From an uncultured Acidobacteriota bacterium (GTDB taxonomy: Bacteria; Acidobacteriota; Terriglobia; UBA7540), in assembly GCA_963710405.1 (NCBI GenBank), contig CAVQAP010000013.1, positions 253,292 to 285,291 of the forward strand: a DNA stretch of 32,000 nt, in the 5' to 3' direction. The stretch's first letter is position 1; every line of letters starts with the position of its first letter. Below are positions 1 to 7,438 of the stretch, piece by piece. The notes under the pieces were generated by a model. It ran no database searches and was not told the origin of the DNA. It saw only the letters and a list, made by a program, of their open reading frames with translations. The position numbers and the translations under genes are program-made.

Positions 1-152
1 CACCGCCTGCAAGAAAGAGAATTCAATTTTGAACGAAGGCCTGAAGTGTGGGGCAAACTAGAGCGTGCCGCTTGCTACGGGTGATTCCTAATGTGGCCTT
101 GACGAGGTTCGCCGATGGCGATATAGGAAGGGCGAGATCAGTTCCCAGGACC

Positions 153-1376
153 ATGCTCATGTCTCTACATCCACGGGGCGAGCGTACTCCGAAAATTCTC
201 GCGCTGCTGCTGGTGTTGATTGCGGCCATTGCCTTCATTCCCTCAATTGCCAACGCACAAAAAGCTCCCAAGAAACTCACCAAGCAGGACATCATCGATC
301 TTCTTACGGGCGACGTGTCTAGCGGTGATGTGGCGCAGGAGGCCCGGAAATCGGGCATCTCCTTTCAAGTTACCGCCTCCGTGACGAATGACATTCGCGC
401 CGCCGGCGGAACGGATGAGTTGATCCGTGTGCTGCGAACCCTGGCGCCCCCAGCTCCCGTGGTGCTCACGAATACTCCTCACCCCAAGTCTGCTGCCGCC
501 CCCGCCGTCCTGCTGATTGAGTCCAGCCCCGGGCAGAGCCAAGTGTACATTGATGATGAACCCGTGGGAACGACCAGCCAGCAGGGGCGCCTGAAGTTGA
601 CCCGGATTGCCGCGGGAGATCATCAAGTGCGCATCTCGCTGGGCGGTTACCAGGATTACGAAGGGAGCACCACGCTCACCGCTGGTGAAACCACAACTAT
701 CTCCGCCGCTCTCCAGCGAGCCCCGTCGCCCTCCCCACCTCCGCGTCCCCAGGCGGAAGAGACGCCGACGGCGAACCCCGGCCAAGCCGGATATCTGGGC
801 ATCCAACCCATGCCACAACAGCCCGCGGGGGCGCGCGGGGTGGTTATCTCTGGCGCAGTGCCCGGCGGCCCGGCTGACCAGGCGGGGTTGAAGACTTACG
901 ACACCATCCTGGCCGTCAATGGGCGGCAGGTGACCACACCGCAGGAACTCCGGCGAGCTTTGGCTGGCCATCAGGCCGGCGAAGTGGTGCAAATTACTTG
1001 GTACAACGGATCGAGCAACGTCACGCAGGGAGTCCGGTTGTCGGCTCCACCCGCGCCTTCCCCCGCTAATGGGTCCATGTCATTTCGCGTGGCCCACGAC
1101 CACGGACTGAACGGCCAGGATTACTGCGTGGGGTTGATGTCCATCGGCAATGGAGTAGTCTATTACAAGAGCGATAATGGCGTTCACAATTTCGAAATAC
1201 CGGTACACTCGATCAAGGAGGCCCGCCGGAACGGGGTGTACCTTGTCGGGTACGAGGCGTTCCATATTCGGCAGAAGGGCGGCATGAATTACAACTTTGC
1301 GGCCCTCAACGCACAAGGCGTGCACGAGTCCCCGGACGCGATTTTAAACGCTATCAATAGCGCCATGGGAAGGTGA
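153..1376 (+). CDS. Secreted PEGA-domain + PDZ-domain protein
   Basis: ORF 48..1376 opens with GTG. The internal ATG at 153 gives MLMSLHPRGERTPKILALLLVLIAAIAFIPSIANAQ, a signal-peptide-like N-terminus. PEGA-like stretch VYIDDEPVGTT..GRLKLTRIAAGDHQVRISLGGYQDY. PDZ-like stretch GVVISGAVPGGPADQAGLKTYDTILAVNGRQVTTPQEL. Start is uncertain (48, 153 or 159). Confidence 0.7.
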   Translation: MLMSLHPRGERTPKILALLLVLIAAIAFIPSIANAQKAPKKLTKQDIIDLLTGDVSSGDVAQEARKSGISFQVTASVTNDIRAAGGTDELIRVLRTLAPPAPVVLTNTPHPKSAAAPAVLLIESSPGQSQVYIDDEPVGTTSQQGRLKLTRIAAGDHQVRISLGGYQDYEGSTTLTAGETTTISAALQRAPSPSPPPRPQAEETPTANPGQAGYLGIQPMPQQPAGARGVVISGAVPGGPADQAGLKTYDTILAVNGRQVTTPQELRRALAGHQAGEVVQITWYNGSSNVTQGVRLSAPPAPSPANGSMSFRVAHDHGLNGQDYCVGLMSIGNGVVYYKSDNGVHNFEIPVHSIKEARRNGVYLVGYEAFHIRQKGGMNYNFAALNAQGVHESPDAILNAINSAMGR

Positions 1377-1471
1377 GCCGGGTTGGATCCAGCATCTTGC
1401 ATTCTCGGTGCAAGAGCGCGGACGCCCGCTGGCTCTGCTCAGGCCAATTCTAAAACCCAAAATCAAAGGTC

Positions 1472-2713
1472 CTACGTCCAGCGGAACCAGCGCAATGCCA
1501 GCAGGTAGGAGAGCACCCCCCAGAGGCCCAACACGAGGAGGCGTCCCCATTGGTGGGCCAGCGGCGCGCCCTCCAAAATCGCGGCGCGCAGGGCGTCATT
1601 CAGCGCGGTGAGCGGCAGCGCTTGGATCAGCGGGTGAAGTAGGGCGGGGAAGCGCTCGTAAGAAAAAAAGACGCCGGACAGAATCCACATGGGGAACATA
1701 ACGAGGTTGATCAGTCCGCTGACCGTCTCGATTTTTTGGGCGCGGCTGGCGGCGAGCAGCCCCACGCCGCCGAAGCAAAGCGCTCCAATGGTGCTGATGA
1801 TCAGAATGGAAATCCACGAGCCTGCGACGTGCATGCGGAAGGCGATAACGCCGAATCCGAGAAGCACCGCCAGGTCAACCAACATCAAAATCAAGCGGCT
1901 GCTGGCCAGGGCGAGCAGAAAGTCACTGCGGCGCATGGGGCTGGCGACAAATCGCTTGAGCAGCTTGCGCTGGCGCAGGTCCACCAGGGCAAATCCAATT
2001 CCCCACATTCCGCCGTTCATCAGGTTCATGCCCAGCAGTCCGGGAATGAGGAAGTCAATGTAGCGCGCCCCGGGCTCGCTCGAGATGCGGCCTGTGGTGG
2101 AGAGGCTGTTCTTTCTTCCCGCGGCTGCCTGGAGAGCGTCATCGGTGACGCTGCGGGCCAGCACGCTTTCCGGACGCGCCGGGTCAAAGAGGTATTCCAA
2201 CCTGGCGGCGTGCGGCGTCACCACCAGGTCGTATTTGCCCAGGCGAAACTGGTTGAGCGCCTCGGTGGCGGGCAGCAAATCCACATGCACCGTGCCTGCC
2301 GCCGACGCGGGACGAAACAGTTCCATTGCCTGCGCTGAATCCGGACCCTCAACCAGCACCACGCGGACAACGTCAGCAGGCTTGTTGCGAAAGGCAATCC
2401 CCAGCCCCAGCGCCAGGAGAATGGGAAACCCGAATACCCAGAAGATTACTTCCGGCTCGCGGTACATTTCCTTCAAGCGGGCCAGGAGCAGGAGCCCGTA
2501 GCTTCGCCAACGACCGGTAATCGGGAGATCGGGTGAAGGGATCGGGTGATCGGGCGAAGGGATCGGGTGATCGGGTGATCCGGTGATCGGGCGAGCAGGC
2601 GAACCCGGGCGATCGAGTTTTGAATCTCGCAACCCGGGGCTATGCTCGCCAAATTTTGGATCCTCGAACTTTGGGTTTCGATTCTCGTCGCTGTCTTGGA
2701 ATTGGTCGCTCAT
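1472..2713 (-). CDS. ABC-2 type transporter permease with a repeat-derived N-terminal extension
   Basis: About six hydrophobic segments after EVIFWVFGFPILLALGLGIAF, typical ABC-2 layout, and it lies directly downstream of an ABC ATPase. The first ~65 codons (..GSPDHPIPSPDHPIPSPDLPITG) are encoded by the TCGGGTGA tandem repeat, so the ATG at 2713 may be a secondary acquisition. No other ATG lies upstream of the first TM segment. Confidence 0.72.
   Translation of the reverse strand: MSDQFQDSDENRNPKFEDPKFGEHSPGLRDSKLDRPGSPARPITGSPDHPIPSPDHPIPSPDLPITGRWRSYGLLLLARLKEMYREPEVIFWVFGFPILLALGLGIAFRNKPADVVRVVLVEGPDSAQAMELFRPASAAGTVHVDLLPATEALNQFRLGKYDLVVTPHAARLEYLFDPARPESVLARSVTDDALQAAAGRKNSLSTTGRISSEPGARYIDFLIPGLLGMNLMNGGMWGIGFALVDLRQRKLLKRFVASPMRRSDFLLALASSRLILMLVDLAVLLGFGVIAFRMHVAGSWISILIISTIGALCFGGVGLLAASRAQKIETVSGLINLVMFPMWILSGVFFSYERFPALLHPLIQALPLTALNDALRAAILEGAPLAHQWGRLLVLGLWGVLSYLLALRWFRWT
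2521..2594. repeat. Tandem degenerate 8-mer array (TCGGGTGA x8 with two AGGGA spacers), left arm of an inverted-arm element
   Basis: Read directly: tcgggaga tcgggtga aggga tcgggtga tcgggcga aggga tcgggtga tcgggtga tccggtga tcgggcga. It lies inside the 5' end of the permease ORF. Confidence 0.9.
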
Positions 2714-2791
2714 CCGATCACCCGATTTCCAGATTAGTCGATCCAGAGGTACCTTCGCTTGATCTCCCGTTCACCCGATCTCCCGATTTCC
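2711..2791. repeat. Degenerate array of the complementary word (TCACCCGA / TCTCCCGA), right arm of the same element
   Basis: catccga tcacccga tttccaga ttagtcga ... tctcccgt tcacccga tctcccga tttcc. It fills the gap between the ATPase stop (2792) and the permease ATG (2713). Confidence 0.85.
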
Positions 2792-3733
2792 TCACTCCTC
2801 GCGCAGGTGCCGTCCCGTGAGGTGAACGAAGACGTCCTCCAGGCTGGCATGGCGCGTGGTGAGGTGAAGCAAGTCGCCGTTGCGGCATTGTATGGCCGCG
2901 AGTAGGGCGGGGATGGTTTCATGCGGCTCGCGCACGCTCAGCACCACCCTTCCGTCATCTTCGTGTACGGCATCGACGCCGGGGAGCGAGCGCCACGCCG
3001 CAAGCTCGCCGGGGACATTGCTGGTGGCGTCGAACTCCACCCTGTGGTGCCCACCCATACGCTCGATCAGCTCGGAAGGAGTGCCGGAGGCAATGGTGAG
3101 CCCGTGGTCGATAATAGCGATGCGATGGCAAAGGCGCTCGGCTTCGTCCATATAGTGCGTGGTCAGTAGCACGGTGCCTCCGCGCTGCTGGAATTGCCGG
3201 ATAACATCCCAAAGTTGGCGCCGGCTCTGCGGATCGAGACCCGTGGTGGGTTCGTCGAGGAACAGGATTTTTGGATTCGCCACCAAGGAAGTGGCCACGG
3301 CCAGCCGCTGTTTTTGCCCACCCGATAGTTTGCCCACCCAGGCGCTCGATTTTTCCGTGAGCGCCAACTCCCCCATCACTTCGTCAATCGAGCGCGGGCG
3401 GCGATAGAAACTGGCGAACAACTCCAGGGTTTCGCGCACCGTGAGCTTCTCCGCCAGGCGCGTCTCCTGAAGCGAGATTCCCAGCAGCTCGCGCAGTTCG
3501 CGATTGTGCGTTTTCCAGTTGTTGCCAAGAATCTCGATTTCGCCGGAAGTGGGTTCCAGCAAGCCTTCCAGGATTTCGATGGTGGTGGTCTTGCCCGCCC
3601 CATTGGGGCCCAGCAGGCCGAAGCACTCGCCGGCATGGATCTCCAAATCGAGCCCGCGAACGGCCTCGACGTTGCCCTCGTAAGTCTTGCGCAGCGCCCG
3701 GCAGCGAACGGCAACATCCATGATAGGAATCAT
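2792..3733 (-). CDS. ABC transporter ATP-binding protein (ABC-2/DrrA-like exporter subunit)
   Basis: Walker A GPNGAGKTT, signature LSGGQKQR, Walker B ILFLDEPTTGLD, H-loop TTHYMDEA. The ORF opens with GTG at 3790; ATG at 3733 (MIPIMDVAV..) or 3721 is more plausible. Confidence 0.9.
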   Translation of the reverse strand: MIPIMDVAVRCRALRKTYEGNVEAVRGLDLEIHAGECFGLLGPNGAGKTTTIEILEGLLEPTSGEIEILGNNWKTHNRELRELLGISLQETRLAEKLTVRETLELFASFYRRPRSIDEVMGELALTEKSSAWVGKLSGGQKQRLAVATSLVANPKILFLDEPTTGLDPQSRRQLWDVIRQFQQRGGTVLLTTHYMDEAERLCHRIAIIDHGLTIASGTPSELIERMGGHHRVEFDATSNVPGELAAWRSLPGVDAVHEDDGRVVLSVREPHETIPALLAAIQCRNGDLLHLTTRHASLEDVFVHLTGRHLREE

Positions 3734-3802
3734 AGCGGATTGTGGCGCGGGTGTGAACTCACTTGAACGCGCGCGGCGATGCCGATCCACCAGGCCGGAT
3801 GC

Positions 3803-4223
3803 CTACCGCTCGCCTGCCACAGTAACGACCACCGTGCGCTGGCGTCCATGCACATCGCATTCGAGGTGAAAGATTTGCTGCCAGGTGCCGAGCAGCGGCT
3901 TGCCCTCGGCAATCGGCAACGTGAGCGCGGGGCCCAGCAGGGTGGCCTGCAAATGCGAATGGCCATTGCCGTCGTGCCACGTCTGCTCGTGCGCGTATTC
4001 GAGGCTCGGGGGGATCAATTTGTTGAGGATGGCGCGCAGGTCTCTGCTGCAGCCCGGGCTCAAACTCGATGGTGCCGATTGCCGCCGTGCTGCCGATATT
4101 GAAGACGTTGACGGTCCCGGTTTTAATGGTCGAAATGGTGACGATGGCGGCAACCTGGGGAGTAATGTCGTGCATGTCGCCTTGTCCTGCGGTGGGGAAG
4201 GAAAGCTGCTGTTGGTAAACCAT
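3803..4223 (-). pseudogene. YjbQ/UPF0047-family gene (secondary thiamine-phosphate synthase family) split by a 1-nt frameshift
   Basis: The N-terminal half MVYQQQLSFPTAGQGDMHDITPQV..VFNIGSTAAIGTIEFEPGLQQ is in the frame of ORF 3759..4223. The C-terminal half DLRAILNKLIPPSLEYAHEQTWHDGNGHSHLQATLLGPALTLPIAEGKPLLGTWQQIFHLECDVHGRQRTVVVTV is in the frame of ORF 3803..4153. The frames meet at about 4040-4050. The joined length of ~140 aa is normal for this family. GGAG lies 4 nt upstream of the ATG at 4223. Confidence 0.7.
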
Positions 4224-4530
4224 TTTTCTCCGTTCCGTCAGTGGTGATAAGGGTGGACTTCTTCTTTCTCAATCCCGGCAGCGCGCCGCCGCCAGCGTGG
4301 CCGGGCGCCATCCGCGAAGTGCGGCGCACATCCGCAATGCAAGATTAGTGGGCACGGATAAGCTCGTATCCCCAAGAAAGCAGCCACAGCTTAAACTGCG
4401 GTAGGAGATTCGTCAAGCGCGCCGTACAGTGTCCCGCTGCCCAGTGGGTGATGAGTCTCGCACCACTGTTCCGGGGTGAAAGGCAACGATTTGTTAGAGA
4501 AATCCCGAGGATTGCTTGCGCGCCCATGGA

Positions 4531-5280
4531 TTAGAGATGATCTCCGGCGGCGGAAGATTTACGGTCCAGGTCTTCGAGAAATCGATCCAGGAAGCGTGCG
4601 AGGATCGCAAAGACGCGGCGGCTTTGCCAGGCGAGATGGAGGAAGTCGGGGAGAAGCTGAGGCTGGCGGGCCAACTGGGCCAGGATTCGGGCGATCTGCA
4701 CCTGCCCATGCGCATCCATGGCGGCCTCGAAATCGCAGGTCATGGGCATCTCCACGGGGTCGAGAATCACGCGCACGGCGAGTGAGGGGACTCCACGCGC
4801 TGACCACTGCTTCATCAAGATCAGACTCTCCATATCTGCCGCGTCGCCCATGTTTGCCAAGCGGACCTTTTCCTCCATCGTGCGGGCGATGCGCGGCAGC
4901 GTGATCAGCATCGGGGCCGGCTTCGCTCCGCATTGCACGGCGAGGTCGATAAGGTTGGGGTCGCAGTGGATTCTTGCTTCGTCGTCAGGGCCAGAAACCG
5001 CTTGCGCTACCAGCAGGTCTGCCGGCCGCCACTCCCGTTTAAGGCCGGCCGCAGCCCCGGTTGCGATTGCCAGGGAAGGGCCAAATCGCGTGAACAATTC
5101 ATCGAAGTGGCGAGCGTCGGGCGCGCCCGCTCCGGCAAGCGTCGTATATACTTCAGTCGATCCCAATGAGGTTACGGAGATGGGATGGGGTGAATTTGCG
5201 ATCAGGTGAAAGTGATGCCGGCGCCGCCAGGGGGCGAACTCCTCCTTCATGGCAAAGGCGACCAGGACTTTGTTCATCAT
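4531..5280 (-). CDS. hpnG: Hopanoid-associated phosphorylase (nucleoside phosphorylase family, HpnG-like)
   Basis: PNP/UDP-phosphorylase-like pattern (VLVAFAMKEE.., LAIATGAAAGLKREWRPADLLVAQAV, MESLILMK). Sits at the distal end of the shc-hpnH-hpnA block. Confidence 0.68.
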   Translation of the reverse strand: MMNKVLVAFAMKEEFAPWRRRHHFHLIANSPHPISVTSLGSTEVYTTLAGAGAPDARHFDELFTRFGPSLAIATGAAAGLKREWRPADLLVAQAVSGPDDEARIHCDPNLIDLAVQCGAKPAPMLITLPRIARTMEEKVRLANMGDAADMESLILMKQWSARGVPSLAVRVILDPVEMPMTCDFEAAMDAHGQVQIARILAQLARQPQLLPDFLHLAWQSRRVFAILARFLDRFLEDLDRKSSAAGDHL

Positions 5281-5304
5281 GGTTCAACAAATAGAGGAGG
5301 TCTT

Positions 5305-5354
5305 GTAGCGCCGGGCTTTAGCCCGGCATGTGCCGACCTTAAGGTCGGCGCTAC
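5305..5354. repeat. REP-like TGTAG-type palindromic element with two adjacent GC hairpins
   Basis: gtagcgcc...ggcgctac outer complementarity encloses gccgggc-ttta-gcccggc (5310-5327) and gccgacc-ttaa-ggtcggc (5332-5349). It lies between hpnA and hpnG. Confidence 0.8.
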
Positions 5355-5363
5355 GACAGCCCC

Positions 5364-6389
5364 TTAGGCGGCGCGTTCCCGTGCGGCGCGGTTCCGAAGG
5401 GGATTCTTGACGTAGCCATTCTCACTATACCAGCGAATAGCGCGCTCCAGGGCGGCCTCCAGCGGGCTCGGTTGAAATCCTAGTTCGCGCTTTGCCTTGG
5501 AGGTGTCAACAAACATCTTGTGCCGGGCCATACGGACTCCTTCCAGGGGAATGCGCGGCGGGCGCCGAAGGAGACGCGCGGCCAGCGAGTCCGCCAGCGA
5601 GGCCAAATAGGGCACGACATGGGGCAAGCGCAGGCGCGGCATGGGCCTGGCGCTGAGGGCGGAAAGGATTTCGAGCAATTGTTTCAGTTTTAGATTGCGG
5701 TCACCCAGGATGTACCGAATCCCGATCTGCCCGCGCTCCGCAGCGAGCCAGTGTCCCACGGCCACGTCCTCAACGGCAACGAAGTTCAAGCCCGTGTCGA
5801 CGTAAGCGGGGATCTGGCCGTTGAGAAAGTCGAGAATGATGCGCCCAGTGGGAGTGGGCTTCCAATCGCCCGGGCCCACCGGCGTGGTGGGATTGACGAT
5901 GACCACCGGCTGGCCGTTGCGGGCCGCTTCCAAAGCCTCTTGCTCAGCAAGGTATTTTGAGCGCTTGTAATGCCCGATCATGTCCTTGAGTTGCAAGAAC
6001 GTCTGTTCGTCGGGCAATGTGCCGGGGTGGCGAGGGACGAGTGTTCCCACACTGCTGGTGTAAATGAAGCGGTCAATTCCGGCCTGGCGAGCAGCAATGA
6101 GCAGATTGCGCGTGCCGGTGACGTTGCTCTCGTAGATTTCCTGGGGGTTTTCCGCCCAAAGCCGGTAGTCAGCGGCGACATGGTAGACGCGCTGCACTCC
6201 GCTCAGCGAGGGGGGTAGGGAAGAGGCATCGCGCAAATCCGCGTAGGCGAATTCTGCGCGGAGGCCCTCCAGCGAGCGCACATCACTCTGCGGGCGGACC
6301 AGAACGCGAACCTGTTCACCCCGCTCGACCAAAAAGCGCGTTAGGTGGCTTCCGATGAATCCGTTCGCGCCGGTAACAAGGGAGAACAT
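5364..6389 (-). CDS. hpnA: Hopanoid-associated NAD-dependent sugar epimerase/dehydratase (HpnA-like)
   Basis: Rossmann motif VTGANGFIGSHL, the ADYRLWA motif, and a YxxSK catalytic pair (HYKRSKYLAE). GGAG lies 3 nt upstream of the ATG at 6389. Adjacent to hpnH. Confidence 0.8.
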   Translation of the reverse strand: MFSLVTGANGFIGSHLTRFLVERGEQVRVLVRPQSDVRSLEGLRAEFAYADLRDASSLPPSLSGVQRVYHVAADYRLWAENPQEIYESNVTGTRNLLIAARQAGIDRFIYTSSVGTLVPRHPGTLPDEQTFLQLKDMIGHYKRSKYLAEQEALEAARNGQPVVIVNPTTPVGPGDWKPTPTGRIILDFLNGQIPAYVDTGLNFVAVEDVAVGHWLAAERGQIGIRYILGDRNLKLKQLLEILSALSARPMPRLRLPHVVPYLASLADSLAARLLRRPPRIPLEGVRMARHKMFVDTSKAKRELGFQPSPLEAALERAIRWYSENGYVKNPLRNRAARERAA

Positions 6390-7438
6390 TTCTCCGCCTC
6401 ATCGCCATTCGCCCGATGGCGGCCATTGCTTCCTGGGGAGAGTTGCCACTTGAGCAGCCTCCAGGTATCGCGGAGTCTTCGATTCGCACCCAACACCGCG
6501 GAGGGCTCATATCCCACGTGCACCATACAATGCTCACAGCGAGGGTCACGGCCGCGGCCATAATTCTCCCACTTGGTTTTTTCCAGAAAGTCCTTGAAAG
6601 TAGCGTAATGGCCGTCGGTGATCAGATAACACGGCGCCTTCCAACCCCGCGGGTTGTAAGTGGGGTTTCCCCAAGCGGTGCACTGCATGTCTTCGCGTTC
6701 TCCTTGCAGGTAATCCAGGTAAATCGGCGAAGTCATCAGGGCGTAATTCTCCAGGAGCTTCCGCGCTTGGCGGAACTTCTCATGAATCTCCTGGCGCGAC
6801 ATGAAGATCTCTTTGTTCTGCACAGCCGCGTAAGAATAGCTGGGTGCAATCGTGTGGCCGTCCACTCCCAATCCTCTAAGATACTCGAAGAGCTCGGCGA
6901 TTTCATTCAAATCAGTCTGCTTGTAAATCGTCGTGTTGGTGCAAACCATAAATCCCGCGGCTTTAGCGGCGCGAATGCCGTCGATAGCCTGCCGGAACAC
7001 CCCTTTGCGCTCGACGCAAAGATCGTGGGTTGCCTCCATGCCGTCCAGGTGCACATTGAAGAAGAACTGCGAGGTGGGTTTAAACTCTTTCAAGCGCTTT
7101 TGGATAAACATCCCATGAGTGCAAAGGTAGATATGCCTGCCACGCTCAAGGATTTTCGTTACCAGTTCTGCCAAGGGGCGGTAAATCATGGGCTCGCCGC
7201 CGCAGATGGAGACAATGGGCGAGCCGCACTCATCCACCGCCTTCAAGCACTGCTCCACGCTGATCTGTTCCGTGATGGTGTCCTTGTATTCACGGATGCG
7301 CCCGCAACCTGTACACGTAAGGTTACAGGCGTGCAGCGGCTCCAGCATCATCACCAGGGGAAACTTCTCCACTCGCCGCAATCGCTTTCCCGCGATATAC
7401 GTGCTCAATTGGGTGGTCATGCGAAGCGGAAACTTCAT
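6341..7438 (-). CDS. hpnH: Radical SAM adenosylhopane synthase (HpnH)
   Basis: CxxxCxxC radical SAM motif in LHACNLTCTGCGRI. N-terminus MKFPLRMTTQLSTYIAGKRL..FPLVMMLEP is typical of HpnH. The ATG overlaps the shc stop (ATGA at 7435-7438), with AGGAGG 6 nt upstream. The 3' end overlaps hpnA by 49 nt. Confidence 0.9.
   Translation of the reverse strand: MKFPLRMTTQLSTYIAGKRLRRVEKFPLVMMLEPLHACNLTCTGCGRIREYKDTITEQISVEQCLKAVDECGSPIVSICGGEPMIYRPLAELVTKILERGRHIYLCTHGMFIQKRLKEFKPTSQFFFNVHLDGMEATHDLCVERKGVFRQAIDGIRAAKAAGFMVCTNTTIYKQTDLNEIAELFEYLRGLGVDGHTIAPSYSYAAVQNKEIFMSRQEIHEKFRQARKLLENYALMTSPIYLDYLQGEREDMQCTAWGNPTYNPRGWKAPCYLITDGHYATFKDFLEKTKWENYGRGRDPRCEHCMVHVGYEPSAVLGANRRLRDTWRLLKWQLSPGSNGRHRANGDEAEKCSPLLPARTDSSEAT

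Noticed and set aside
23-358. 111-aa minus-strand ORF at the left edge
   Set aside because: It overlaps the 5' end and upstream region of the PEGA/PDZ gene in antisense, and has no motif or RBS.
1395-1415. Hairpin tcttgca-ttctcgg-tgcaaga between the convergent PEGA/PDZ and permease genes, as a bidirectional terminator
   Set aside because: It has only 7 bp and no flanking T/A tracts on either side. The evidence is too weak to annotate.
2521-2594. Possible CRISPR array, because of regularly spaced short repeats
   Set aside because: The units are only 7-8 nt and directly abutting, with no spacers of 25-40 nt and no cas genes. It is a microsatellite-like tandem array, not a CRISPR.
3759-4223. 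The 154-aa ORF taken at face value as an intact gene
   Set aside because: Only its first ~60 residues look like a YjbQ protein and the remainder is Arg/Pro-rich nonsense. The authentic C-terminal half lies in the other frame (3803..4153), so the locus is called as one frameshifted gene.
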